61,312 nucleotides of DNA from a virus (lineage: Duplodnaviria; Caudoviricetes): the IMG/VR virus record IMGVR_UViG_3300025093_000022, positions 1 through 61,312 of that record; one strand, given 5' to 3'. Made by a program: the position numbers and the translations under genes. Below the pieces are notes generated by a model. That model worked only from the letters and a program-made list of their open reading frames with translations, had not been told where the DNA came from and searched no databases. Every line of letters starts with the position of its first letter. Within the stretch, counting starts at the first letter, position 1. This document shows, piece by piece, positions 28,601-39,200 of the stretch.

Positions 28601-30372
28601 GGTATCATGACGATACTAATAACTTATATATGAAAGAGGTAGCTTATTGTAGACAAGTTACTAATCAATATGGAGGTTCATCATATGAAGCTAGAAGTAA
28701 AAATGAATACATTACTACAGGAGCTTACCAAATTATAGATAATGATTCCGCTACATCACAAACAGTAAGTGCTTTTGGTGGAGATGTTTATACTGTATCA
28801 TTTGATAATTTATACATGCGACCTTATCATACATGGCAGAGAGATGATGGTCACACACAAGTACCTTTTAAAGATGCAGGGTCTAAATTTTCAGTAGGTT
28901 TAGTTTATTGTGCTGAAACACCTATTAATACATCATGGAGAACTGGTGTTCATTTTGGTAACGAGAATGATGGAGACACCACTAATAGACATAGAGGTTC
29001 CCTTGATTCATCTGGACTATTAACTAAAGGTGAATTATCTAGCGGAGAATCTTTTGTGTTTGATGATAGGCATAACCAGGAAGATATTGTTAGAACAGAT
29101 TATATTGCTAAAGATTTTTTAGCTCAAGATGAAACAATTTTTCCTAATAGATTTAGAGTTTCTAGAACTAAACTAGATGGAGAGCTTGTAGATAACTGGA
29201 GATCTTTTCCTCCTAATCAATTAGATCATGTAGACGGCTCACTAGGAGAAATACATAAATTAATATCATATAAAGATCAATTAGTTTTCTTCCAAGATAG
29301 AGGTGTAGGTATTATACCTATTAACGAAAGGTCTTTAATTGAAGATGTTACTGGAGCTGAACTTGTACTAGGTGATGGAGATCTTATTGGTAAATATAGA
29401 TATCTAACCGAGACATCAGGTACCAAACACCAACATTCAGTAGTAGCTACTGATAAGGGTGTTTATTATTATGATTCATCACAACAAAAGATTTATGCAT
29501 TACAGGGTGAATCTTTAACCGAAGCTCTTGGACTACATGGTTTCTTTCACAGTGACATAAAAGAAATCTTAAGAGATTCTGATGAACTATATAAAGCTTC
29601 ACCAGTTGGTGTACATGGTGTATATGATAAAAAGAATGAAAGAGTGCTTTGGTCTTTCCTTGGAGCTAATACTATAAGAACTACGTCAAAAGATCAATCC
29701 GAGTATTATGAAGTAGGTGATATAGTATCCACTGCTTCTGGTTATTTACAATGTATTGTACAAGGACAATATCTACCTGACGCAGTTATAAGTTCTAACA
29801 ATTTTTTGTTATTGTCTAACTATACTCCAGGGTTTACTCTAGGCTACAGAGAAAGATTACAGGCTTTTGAATCATTCTATGACTTTAAACCTGGTAAGTT
29901 TTTAAACATAGATGACAAGCTCTTATCTATTGGTACTACTAGAGATAACGGGTATATACACGAAGAAGGTAACTACGGTGAGTTCTATGGAAACACATTC
30001 GATTCAGATATAACTTTGGTAGTTATGCCTAATCCAAATCTAATATCAATATTCAATAACTTAGAGTATTATAGTGAAGTAACTATTGATAAGGAAGATG
30101 TTGTAGGTGATACACTAGACGATATTATTTGTTGGAACGAACATCAAAATACTGGTCAGATCTCTCTAACCGTTGGCACTATTGCTAAGAGACGTATGAG
30201 AACTTGGCGACATAAACTTAAAAGAGACACATTAGGAACTACATTAAATTCTATTTCTAACCCTAGACTTAGAAACTATTACATCCTAATGAAACTATCT
30301 TTCACTAACGGATCTAACAAAAGACTAGTATTATCAGATGTTGTTATTAGCTATACGCCTACTAAAATGTAA
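25651..30372 (+). CDS. tail stabilization/muzzle protein (P22 gp10-like)
   Basis: 1573 aa; FTKGINQD, VYWTD..N, GEVYRFGIVFY, FGGDVY, DNWRSF, G.IHKL, FFQDRG, FESFYDFKP. Confidence 0.8.
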   Translation: MQHKVGFTKGINQDLAKDKYSNQNYFTANNIKVITGAGMSTGSIENEKGNSLLFQFPTVGVRYKVAKGAAGTTTINGQLGTLLGSETIEEAYNKIIGITGVQTLIDNSQLYIFYNDLGVFIQVLDTSVAVTGNAYTTQSAATSDIYICGWTRLNEWLIVFTSDSETNEPTSALCQIWKFKFKSGSRTQIDGTLTATPTTLETTEHLIYNDNLNYSTVTYIRDVVANYETSAKGRVYWTDYFNDVRVANVLDDTLMETKPNDLNLVAEVTFGKPIITEVGDGNLPYGATYQYYYKLLSLDGRESIFSPGSALIDVQEKRSDDPGVGYFDLDSSPAGSGNGKSVTININDLDSDYDVVELYAVIYESLDSPVIYKVDDYAISGDSITLVHSTLEGNINISRAEFMEIGTPFTCKTLEDRDKQLVAGNIKETKFDPTFDARAYRFDSGSTFDLLDSEGNVEYSAKTSSQYTDIADDADAVNPTNDDTNATYNIDSANKQIYKADGSTVGGEGPNISYTFASVNKVGSTGSDALKDDSAIDEGYNINDSRITWSIDSGIDNLDGTNIVLDLNGEMRSEKSVLVDANFQGYARGEVYRFGIVFYSKSGQRSYVKWIGDIKMPDPSYTDGTNGDDYRISDAANPTHCVPGDQTDTQTYTFDLYPVFTVDISSIQSDISGFEIVRVQRTAQDRTRLGTGIIHNLVDYATGDGTALGGSGLQANSILRTYTNTAAGSFYEGSTNTTTAYTSAGTRVIGSKVTVGTTTYGDSATGGSGTPNTTLMLPDIPIMVGHRNSTFGGVTDTELKRLNVFHSPLTEFDNYTGFKVQTSTDYIREYGYYTVSPFIYNDDFQNGSKSSADFDDFDIGILYRAKQFHSERSNSNTPRFFELSAGRKLGLGEVIFDSTDDLLDDITFPISITSGGNTPDVEAISNTSFTYSDGAAAKIGVPFGLGTAKYFLNLKQTGSWTWSQPASQINFHSGSVVIGNNWSGYHDDTNNLYMKEVAYCRQVTNQYGGSSYEARSKNEYITTGAYQIIDNDSATSQTVSAFGGDVYTVSFDNLYMRPYHTWQRDDGHTQVPFKDAGSKFSVGLVYCAETPINTSWRTGVHFGNENDGDTTNRHRGSLDSSGLLTKGELSSGESFVFDDRHNQEDIVRTDYIAKDFLAQDETIFPNRFRVSRTKLDGELVDNWRSFPPNQLDHVDGSLGEIHKLISYKDQLVFFQDRGVGIIPINERSLIEDVTGAELVLGDGDLIGKYRYLTETSGTKHQHSVVATDKGVYYYDSSQQKIYALQGESLTEALGLHGFFHSDIKEILRDSDELYKASPVGVHGVYDKKNERVLWSFLGANTIRTTSKDQSEYYEVGDIVSTASGYLQCIVQGQYLPDAVISSNNFLLLSNYTPGFTLGYRERLQAFESFYDFKPGKFLNIDDKLLSIGTTRDNGYIHEEGNYGEFYGNTFDSDITLVVMPNPNLISIFNNLEYYSEVTIDKEDVVGDTLDDIICWNEHQNTGQISLTVGTIAKRRMRTWRHKLKRDTLGTTLNSISNPRLRNYYILMKLSFTNGSNKRLVLSDVVISYTPTKM

Positions 30373-30395
30373 AAGGGTAGCTAATAATTAATTGG

Positions 30396-30403
30396 TATAT
30401 TTG
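30396..30403 (+). promoter_or_regulatory. Bacteroidota sigma-A -7 box (TAnnTTTG)
   Basis: TATATTTG ending 16 nt before the ATG at 30420; no clear -33 TTTG. Confidence 0.45.
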
Positions 30404-30419
30404 TCTATATTGTACAATT

Positions 30420-33400
30420 ATGCCTAAGAAGAAATCTAAAGCAGCTTCAACAAAAGCTCAAAAGTTTACAGATCATCAAGTTAAACCTAGACATGGTGTT
30501 AGGTTAAATGAAGATGGTTCTAAATCATCTCACTTAATGAGACGAGAGTATGTTAAAGATAGAGGTTGGGTTGCATTTCCTACATTATATCAAGATCAAA
30601 ACGGTGAATGGTTAGACCTTGGTAATCAGTATGGTGACGACTGGGAACCTATTCTAGACTATGCTACTAACACTGGTGAAGTATATGACTTCGGTGAAGA
30701 TATAGATGCAGCTATCAACTTTGCAGATAAAGGTTCTTGGAAACAACAATTTGCAGGAGGAGGTAAATTATTTGGTAGTGGTAAAATAGGAGATGCCTTT
30801 AAATTGTACGGTGATTATGCATTATCAACAGTAGGTCTTACTGATGTTATTGGAGATGACGCTTATAGAAATCAAGGTATGGCTGATGCTTCCAGAGTAG
30901 CAGAAAATTTTGGTAAAGGGGCTGGTAAAGTAGCTGCTAATTTATTACTACCTGGTGTGGGAGGTGCTTTAATGAACACTGCTCAAAATACTTTAGGTAA
31001 TATTGACGGTGAAGATTCAGAGAGAGCTAGAGTTGAACAGATGAGAGCTAACCCTGAAGCTTGGGGTAAATATGCTGGTACGATAGATCAAATGAGTGGA
31101 GCAATAGACCCTTTAGCTCAAGGTGCATCTTTAGCTGGTGAAGTAGGTTCAGTTGCTGCTGGTAACTTTATGCAACACGGCAATGTACTAGGTGATCTAT
31201 CTGGTATGAAAAATTCTTTTGGTCAAGGGCTATTTGGTAAATCAATGTCAACTACTGTTCCATCAGGAATAACAGGTAATATTCCAATGGGAAATATTAT
31301 GACTAAATCACCAGTTAATTTAATTAATACAGGACAAAGCGTACTTGACGCTAATCAAGGACAATCATTATTAGGACCAGATCCATTTGCAAATGAAATT
31401 GCGGTACCTGGTCTAGCTTATGGAGGAACTATGAAAAATAAAAAATATGCTAACGGCGGTCCAATTAAAATGGGTGAACAAGTAACACCAGGTTCTGCTA
31501 GACATAAAGAAATTTTAGAGTTAGAAAAACAAAATCAAGCTTATCAAGATAGAATAGCTCAATTGGCTCCTATGATTGAGAAGTATGGAGATCCTCAAAC
31601 TTATACTTCTGAACAAATTTCAGCAATGAGTCCAGCATTTGATCCAAGTACTGTACCTAGTGGTTCTAGTATTTTAGGATTTAATGTCAATCCAAATGAA
31701 GAAACAATGGGAGAATCTCCATTTTTTGCTTTTGCTCCTGAATCTGGAAAAGCTGAACAAGCTTATAATTTTTTCACAGCACCGACTCAACCAGACGCTG
31801 TACCGGAATATGATCTAATAGAAGATGATATTGATATGTCAATCTCTCCAGAAAAAGTATTTTCACCTATTCAAGGAGAAGTATTTTCACATGCTAGCGG
31901 TAATCCAGTTACTAGAGATATTGGATATACATATGGTTACGAAGGACAAAAACCTGAGTCAATAACAACAGTTAATCCATATACCAGAGAACAAATGTTC
32001 GGAGCTAATGACTCATTTACATCTGGATTTATGAATCAAGATTTTGGTTCTTTACCTGGTATGCAAGGCGTACCTATGGATAATGTTATGACTAACGATC
32101 AACTTAGAGAGCAAGCTATTCAAAACGAAATAGCTCGAAGAGGTGGTCGTACAGCTTTAGCATATGGTGGATCTTTAGATCAACTACCTGACGGGGGTAA
32201 GTTTATAGAATATCAAGGGCCATCTCATGACGGTGGGGGTATAGATGTTGATGCGTCTGGTGTACCTACTGCTGCTAGTGGTGTTGCAGAAGTTGAAGGT
32301 GGGGAGACTTTACATGACAATGGTATTGAAAACTATATCTTCTCTGATAGATTAGTTGTTAATCCTGGAGATAAAAAGAAAAAGACATTTGCTGATTTAT
32401 CTAAAAAGATTAACAATAAATATAAAAACACTGACGAAGATCCAATTGCTCAAAACACTAGAAAGCTAGAACTTGAAAATCTTAAAGTTCAACAAGAGAA
32501 TCTAAAACAAATGATGAGTGGTGGAACTGAAGATGATTTTGCTTGTGGTGGTAAGATGAAACATGCTGTTGGTGGTGGATTAGGTATTGATCCAATGAGT
32601 GAAAAAGTATATGGTAATCTTAATACAGCTTTAGCTGGATATAATCCACTATTACCTCCATCTGGAATAGATAACGCTTTAAGTATGTTATCAGCTTCCC
32701 CAATGGATAGATTACAAGCTACTACAAATCAATTTGATGTAGACTCTTCATTAGCTGCTAATTTAGCTGATAAAGGTGAGTACTTTGATAAACGTCAACG
32801 TAGTGGTAAATTAGAGAGTGGAGATGTAATGCCACAAAATCAAGCTAATGGATTACCACAAGATACTATTAACCCATTAGGTTACTTAGCATCTAACGTT
32901 GGTAATATTTATGATTTAGCACAAGCTTCTAAAGAAACTCCTAAAAATCAATTTGGTAGAATGACACCAGAGACTATTGATTTAGAAGCACAAAGAACAG
33001 AGCTTAAAAACCAAGCTGCTACATCAAGAGCTATCGCTAGAGAGAACGCTAGAAATGCTCCGTCTGCAGGTGGAGCTATGACTAATAGAGTTATCGCTAA
33101 CGCACTTATTAACTCTGGTCTTGGTTCACAACTATCACAAAGTTATATGACAGAAGCTAACCAAAATGCTGCTATCAAGAACCAAGCTAAACAAATCAAT
33201 TTACAAACTCAAATACAAGAAAAATTAGCTGACCAACAAGACTTAGCAATGAGAAAGTCAACTATCTCACAAGCTATGCACAACATTGGTATGAATACTC
33301 AAGGTTATGCTAGAGATCTTAAGTCAGCCAAAGTAGGTAACATCAACAATAAGATGTGGTTTGACATGGTGAAAGAAGGTAAATATGTAGACTACGCTTT

Positions 33401-33503
33401 CGATAATACTACAGGTACTTTTATCATGAAACTAAAAGATGGTAGAGTCATTACTAAAAAGGGTGATGAAATTACTGAAATTAAACCTGACAGTAAAGGA
33501 TAA
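30420..33503 (+). CDS. internal virion cargo/ejection protein 1
   Basis: Gly/Ala-rich; GPSHDGGGI...AEVEGGET...YIFSDRL motif; Ala/Gln/Asn-rich helical C-terminus; first gene after the muzzle. Confidence 0.7.
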   Translation: MPKKKSKAASTKAQKFTDHQVKPRHGVRLNEDGSKSSHLMRREYVKDRGWVAFPTLYQDQNGEWLDLGNQYGDDWEPILDYATNTGEVYDFGEDIDAAINFADKGSWKQQFAGGGKLFGSGKIGDAFKLYGDYALSTVGLTDVIGDDAYRNQGMADASRVAENFGKGAGKVAANLLLPGVGGALMNTAQNTLGNIDGEDSERARVEQMRANPEAWGKYAGTIDQMSGAIDPLAQGASLAGEVGSVAAGNFMQHGNVLGDLSGMKNSFGQGLFGKSMSTTVPSGITGNIPMGNIMTKSPVNLINTGQSVLDANQGQSLLGPDPFANEIAVPGLAYGGTMKNKKYANGGPIKMGEQVTPGSARHKEILELEKQNQAYQDRIAQLAPMIEKYGDPQTYTSEQISAMSPAFDPSTVPSGSSILGFNVNPNEETMGESPFFAFAPESGKAEQAYNFFTAPTQPDAVPEYDLIEDDIDMSISPEKVFSPIQGEVFSHASGNPVTRDIGYTYGYEGQKPESITTVNPYTREQMFGANDSFTSGFMNQDFGSLPGMQGVPMDNVMTNDQLREQAIQNEIARRGGRTALAYGGSLDQLPDGGKFIEYQGPSHDGGGIDVDASGVPTAASGVAEVEGGETLHDNGIENYIFSDRLVVNPGDKKKKTFADLSKKINNKYKNTDEDPIAQNTRKLELENLKVQQENLKQMMSGGTEDDFACGGKMKHAVGGGLGIDPMSEKVYGNLNTALAGYNPLLPPSGIDNALSMLSASPMDRLQATTNQFDVDSSLAANLADKGEYFDKRQRSGKLESGDVMPQNQANGLPQDTINPLGYLASNVGNIYDLAQASKETPKNQFGRMTPETIDLEAQRTELKNQAATSRAIARENARNAPSAGGAMTNRVIANALINSGLGSQLSQSYMTEANQNAAIKNQAKQINLQTQIQEKLADQQDLAMRKSTISQAMHNIGMNTQGYARDLKSAKVGNINNKMWFDMVKEGKYVDYAFDNTTGTFIMKLKDGRVITKKGDEITEIKPDSKG

Positions 33504-33509
33504 TTTTTC

Positions 33510-33517
33510 TATATTTG
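33510..33517 (+). promoter_or_regulatory. Bacteroidota sigma-A -7 box (TAnnTTTG)
   Basis: TATATTTG ending 12 nt before the ATG at 33530; identical to the box at 30396. Confidence 0.45.
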
Positions 33518-33529
33518 TAAAAGACAATC

Positions 33530-36238
33530 ATGGCACTTAATAGATATTTTCGTAGAGGTCAATCTCAATATGCATCACAGTATGTACCATTGAAGATGCC
33601 TTTTCAATTAATGCAACAAAATCTAGCACAGAAAGATGCTCAGATTGATTCATTTAAAGCAGGTTTAAATATAGACCCACAAGTTACTGGAGAGTCTTCT
33701 CTTAATATGGGTAGATATGGTAAAGGATATTATTCAGATGATAGTACCATTTCAACATATGTACAAAACTCTGAAGATCTCTTATTAAGAGATAGAGAGA
33801 ACTCTCAAAAGTCAGCACAAAATTTACAAGGACAAGTAGACGCTATGTTATCTGATGACTTTATTATGAAGGCTGCATCTGGAGAAATTGCTGATGGTAT
33901 TATTAAATTAAATAGAGATTTAAAATTACATCAACAAAAAAATGCTGCTTACGAAGAAAGAAAAAAAGCTTTTACAGACATTTACAGTACGTTAGCTAAC
34001 AATAAAGATTGGGAAAAAGATCCTACTTTGAGATTTGCTTTAGATGAAGAAATAAGAAAAGCTGCTAATGACCCAACTGGTCAATATATTCCTAAGAATG
34101 TTGGTGTTGGAGAATACTTTGATAGAACAGCTTATATGTTACCTAAAGTTAATATGATTAAAGATAGTGGTAGTAAATCATACAATTTAAATGATCCTGA
34201 TTTAATTCAATGGTCTGAGTGGCATGGTGTTCCAGCTAGTAAGTATGCTGCATTTGTTAAAGATCTAATGGCTGATGAAGGTTCAGAACTTTATGCTGAT
34301 GTACAAAGAGAACTTAATGCAATGGTTCAAGCTGGACATTTAAAGTCAGGAGAAGATATGCAAAAAGCTAAAGCTAGTATTGAAAGAGGCTTAATTAAAA
34401 CTGCAGAAAATTTAGCTCATGGTAAATCTGATGAAGGTATATCATACAAACCACAAGATGTTAGAGAGAAAAATGCTGCAGATCAAATCCATACATTATT
34501 ATCTGCAGATAGTGATGTAGTACCAGCTAATACTATGTCAGGTAATGAAGTAAATTCAATTACTGGTAATTTAGGCGAGAAGAAAATTAAATACGAAGAA
34601 GTATTGGCTGACATATTCCCTGAAAGATTTATTGCTGAAAAAGGTGGTTTACAAGGGGCACTACAAGCATTTAAACATGCTCTGCCTGCGGATCTTGAAG
34701 CTTGGGGACTTACTAATATAGGTGGATATAATATTAAAACTATACAAGAAGGATATCGAAATACAAGTAGCGATTATGCTCATTGGAAAGCTCAATCTTT
34801 AGATATAGAAGATAGTTTCAGAACTGATACTGGTTATACAGATGAAACTGAAACTAAATATAATACATTAGAATATATTAAAAACAATCCACAAGAAGCT
34901 ACTAGATTTTTGTCGCAACTTGCTAAATATGAAAGAGGTGAGTTAAATGCTTTTGATAAAAGAAACTTGGAAAATGATCCAAGATTCTCAGAATTTACTT
35001 CACTAAAAACAACAGGTAATAAGGAAGACTCTCAATTTTATGTAGATATGTTATCTATGAACGCTGATGGTAATTTAGTAGGTCAGATTAGAAATGCTAC
35101 AACAACAGTAGATGATTTTTATTCAATTCAAATTAACCCTAAAACAGGAGAACCTATTAGTGATAGAGAGGTGTGGAATCCAAATAAAGTAAAAAATTAC
35201 TTTAATAGTATGGGACAAGACGTTCCGTTAGGATTAGATGTTAATAACCCAGTAGCTGTAAAAAGATATTTAAAAGAACATTCGTTTAAAGGCATCAATG
35301 AAATTTATTCTAAAAAGGAAAGTTATGATGATGCCTATAGTAACAACATTGTACAAACATATCAATCAGGTATAGTTACTCATCCAGGAGTAGTAGTTAA
35401 TTTAGATGATACTGAATTAGGATTTTTATTTAATGAAAATATTTCTAATCCAAATGATTCAGAGGTATACGATCAAAATGGTCAGATAATTAAAAATCCT
35501 AAAGTATCTAGATTTTTACATGCAGTAGTAGCAGAAAATGCTAAAAAAGCTCCAGGTAATTTACCTGTAACTATGACATCAAAAGGTGAGTGGTCTGCTA
35601 GTGGTATATCAACTCAACAAATTATGGGAGGATATGATCCAACTGACGCTGCTTCAATGGAAAAACTAGCTCAAGATTACGAAATGTATATGGGCGAAGA
35701 ATTAGATGGTGATACTGAAGAAAATTTGAAATCATTTATGGAGTCTTCTCAAGGGTTTACTATTAAATTTAAATCTACTTCTCCTAGCTTTAATAATCAA
35801 ATGTTTAATAAGATTACTGAATCTAATAGTCAGAAAGCTATGAATGGCGAGATTACTTCTCAAGATGTTTCAACTGAAGTTTCTATGAATAATAGATCTG
35901 CTATTAAACAATTAGAAAATGAATTGGGGGATGTTATTACTTATAATAATGGAGATACTCAATATAAAACAACAGCTCCAACTAATATAGTTATTAAAGT
36001 ACCTGTATATCAACAAGGTGGGGGATTAGTAGGTGAAAATAAATTTATAGTTACTAAAGTAGAAAGAGCTGAAAATGAAAGAGGAGAACCTATTAAAGAC
36101 TTTAATGGTAGATTTATTTATAACTATTATGTAGATGGTTTAACTGATGAAGATGGAAATCCAAAACCAATTCCAGCAAATACTACAGAAGGGTTTATTA
36201 ATCAAATAAGTAACCCAATACAAACGACACAATTTTAA
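33530..36238 (+). CDS. internal virion cargo/ejection protein 2
   Basis: NRY...Y.SQYVPLKMPF N-terminus typical of crAss-like cargo proteins; synteny. Confidence 0.65.
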   Translation: MALNRYFRRGQSQYASQYVPLKMPFQLMQQNLAQKDAQIDSFKAGLNIDPQVTGESSLNMGRYGKGYYSDDSTISTYVQNSEDLLLRDRENSQKSAQNLQGQVDAMLSDDFIMKAASGEIADGIIKLNRDLKLHQQKNAAYEERKKAFTDIYSTLANNKDWEKDPTLRFALDEEIRKAANDPTGQYIPKNVGVGEYFDRTAYMLPKVNMIKDSGSKSYNLNDPDLIQWSEWHGVPASKYAAFVKDLMADEGSELYADVQRELNAMVQAGHLKSGEDMQKAKASIERGLIKTAENLAHGKSDEGISYKPQDVREKNAADQIHTLLSADSDVVPANTMSGNEVNSITGNLGEKKIKYEEVLADIFPERFIAEKGGLQGALQAFKHALPADLEAWGLTNIGGYNIKTIQEGYRNTSSDYAHWKAQSLDIEDSFRTDTGYTDETETKYNTLEYIKNNPQEATRFLSQLAKYERGELNAFDKRNLENDPRFSEFTSLKTTGNKEDSQFYVDMLSMNADGNLVGQIRNATTTVDDFYSIQINPKTGEPISDREVWNPNKVKNYFNSMGQDVPLGLDVNNPVAVKRYLKEHSFKGINEIYSKKESYDDAYSNNIVQTYQSGIVTHPGVVVNLDDTELGFLFNENISNPNDSEVYDQNGQIIKNPKVSRFLHAVVAENAKKAPGNLPVTMTSKGEWSASGISTQQIMGGYDPTDAASMEKLAQDYEMYMGEELDGDTEENLKSFMESSQGFTIKFKSTSPSFNNQMFNKITESNSQKAMNGEITSQDVSTEVSMNNRSAIKQLENELGDVITYNNGDTQYKTTAPTNIVIKVPVYQQGGGLVGENKFIVTKVERAENERGEPIKDFNGRFIYNYYVDGLTDEDGNPKPIPANTTEGFINQISNPIQTTQF

Positions 36239-36247
36239 TCTTTTATT

Positions 36248-39200
36248 ATGCCTAAAGGAGATGATAAATTAAATCCTTTAAACAAGGATATAAAACAGTA
36301 CGATCAAGATTTAAATAGTACTATAGATATTTTTGCCAAACCTTCTGCACCTAAGTATACAGAGGGTATTGATATAAAATTGTCTGAATATGAAGAGGCT
36401 AAAAAAGCTGGAGCTGGTGACCTACTAACCCCAGAATCTTTTCTACAGAATAAAGAAGACTTTCAAAAAATAGCTACTGAGAAAGAAAGGTTATTAAATG
36501 ATAGTCGAGCTAGACAACAATCTTTAGGAGATAAAATAGGTAACGGTTTAGTTAAATTTGGTGGTAGAGTTTTTACATCTATCGCTGGTTCTACCATTGG
36601 TACATTACATGGATTATATGCCTGGGCAAGAGATGGTGAGTTTAAATCATTTTACGACAATGAATTTCAAGATGGTTTAGATGGTATTAATGATTATCTA
36701 TCTGAAGAGTTTCCTCATTATTATACTTCAAATAAAAATGATTGGGAGATCTCTAACTTTATATTTGACAAAGTTTTTGATGGATTAGGTTTCGCTGTAG
36801 GTGCTGTTGGGTCTTCTATGTTAGGAGGCGGAGCTACTAATGCTCTTACTAAGTCATTAGGTTGGTCTAAATACATGAAAGCTGGAGCAGTTAATAAATT
36901 AAATAAAACACTTCAGTCAACTACAGCTTCATCTGATGATGTATTAAAAGCTACAGAAAAATTTACTAGAGATATTAGAAGAATTGATAAAGCTAGTAAA
37001 ATTCCTCATACAATATCTAGTATGACTACTGGTGCTGTTTATGAATCAGGTGTTGAAGCTAGACATACTTTTGATGAGATAAAAGAAGATCTAATTAATT
37101 CATATAAGTTAGAATATGGGAAAGCTCCTACTGGACAACAACTAGAAGAGATAAATAAAATAGCTGGTGAATCTGCTAATGGAGTATTTGCAGCTAACAT
37201 GGCTGTAGTAGGTGGAAGTAATATTCTTCAATTTAGTAGACATTTAGGTTTAGATTTTAGTGATGCTAAAAAACTTTTTACTAATAAACGAATTGCTACA
37301 GAAACCGCTGAAGGCTTTACTAAAAAAGGTAGTTCAACTTTAAGAGGAGTTAAACAAGTATTATCTAAGCCTATTGTAGAGTCACAAGAAGAAATGATAC
37401 AATCAGTTATTTCTGGCACTGGTAAAGATTACGCTAAAAAGAAATATAATAATGACGGTAAAGCAGATTTAACAGATTTATTAAACTCATCCATTAAATC
37501 ATTTAAAAAAACATATTCTTCTAAAGAAGGTTGGGAAGAAGGTTTGATTGGTGCTATTGTTGGTTCTATTGGTGTATATAATGCTAATAAAGTTAAAAAA
37601 GGTTATGAGGGAAATAAACTACCTTCATTAGCTGTTATTGAATCATTTAAAGATTGGAGATCAGACGAAAACTTTAGAAACACTATGGTTGGATTTTTAA
37701 ATGAGACTGATGCTATTTCATCATTAACATCTTCAATTCAGCATATGTTGCAAGATGGTCAATATGAAAAAGCTAAAGAATCTGCTTTAATATTAAATAA
37801 TGTTAAAGCGTATAAAGATACTCAAGATGAACAATTCCATTCTTATGTAACAGCTCGTATTGATGCTGGTATGTCAGATCAAATTTATTCTGATTTAAAT
37901 AAATTAAGAAACATACCTTTAGAAGAGTTCAAAGAGACGTTTAGTATTCCAGCAGAAACTAAATATACTGAAGTAGATAAGTTAAAACAAATTGAATCAT
38001 TTGAGCGTAGGGCTAGAGATATTCAAGAGTCTACTGAATTTATTGAAAAGAATTACCCTAATCAAGAAGAGATTCATGATGCATTAATTTTCAACCATGC
38101 AATGTTGAAAAGAATTTCTGATAGAAAAGACAATATTTCTAGAGAGATTGAAGAGTTAACTGGTAATGCAGCTATTACTTTAAACGTTACAAATAAAGAA
38201 ACAGGAGTAAAAGCTACTGCTAAAGAGATATTTAAAGATGTAGATAAAAAGTATCAAGCTAACAAAAAAGCTTATACTGATTTATATAAAGATTATATTG
38301 ATCTAAGTGAGCGTGAAGATAAGATGTTAACTGAGTTTGTTGCATACACTACTGTACCAGAAGCAGCTAAAGCTTTAATTGACGAACTAGATGAAACCGA
38401 ACAAAAAAATGCGAAAGAGGCAAATAAAGGAAAACGCCAAAAGGAGAAAACAAAAGCTAAAGAGAAACAAGAGGCGAAAGTTGATTCTGCTAAAGCGGTA
38501 GCTAAAGCTGAAGAAGATGTCTTAGTTGAAAATCAAAGCGTAGTTGATGATATAGATGCTGCTCAAAACGAAGAAGAGTATACTATATTAGATCCTAACT
38601 TAAAAGATGCGTTAGAAAATGATAAAGAAGGTCGTCAAAAAATTATAGATGAAGTAAATAAACTTAAAAAAGATGAATCAGGTGTTGATCCTGGAACTCC
38701 AGAGTCAGCAAAGACTAAGCTTAAGAGAGATCAAAAAATAAACAAAAAGAGTGAAGATAGTAAAGTAGCTCCTAAAGATTATACTAAAGATTCAAAAACA
38801 AAAAAGAGTGCAGAAGAAAAAATTGCTAGGGCCAACAGAGGTGAGACAACAGAGGGCTTTGAAAATGAAGAGGTGCAAAAAGAGGCAACAGGCGTATACA
38901 GAGTTGGCAAACGTTTGGTTAATGCGTTCAACGCTATTGCTGTTCGTACCAGAAATTTTATAGACACACCATCAGGTATTAAAGAGTCTACTGATGAAAT
39001 TAAATCAGCAACTAGCCTAAGAATACTTGATCCTAAATTTATTAAAGCTAAAGATAAAGTTGAGATTAAGTTAAACAATGATCCTAATTTTATCTTTTAC
39101 AAACCAGACGGAACAGTTGATCCAGATAAACGAAATGAGATTGGTACTGATAATCAAATCATGGAAATTTATTTTGATGAAGAACTTGTTGGTTACTTAC

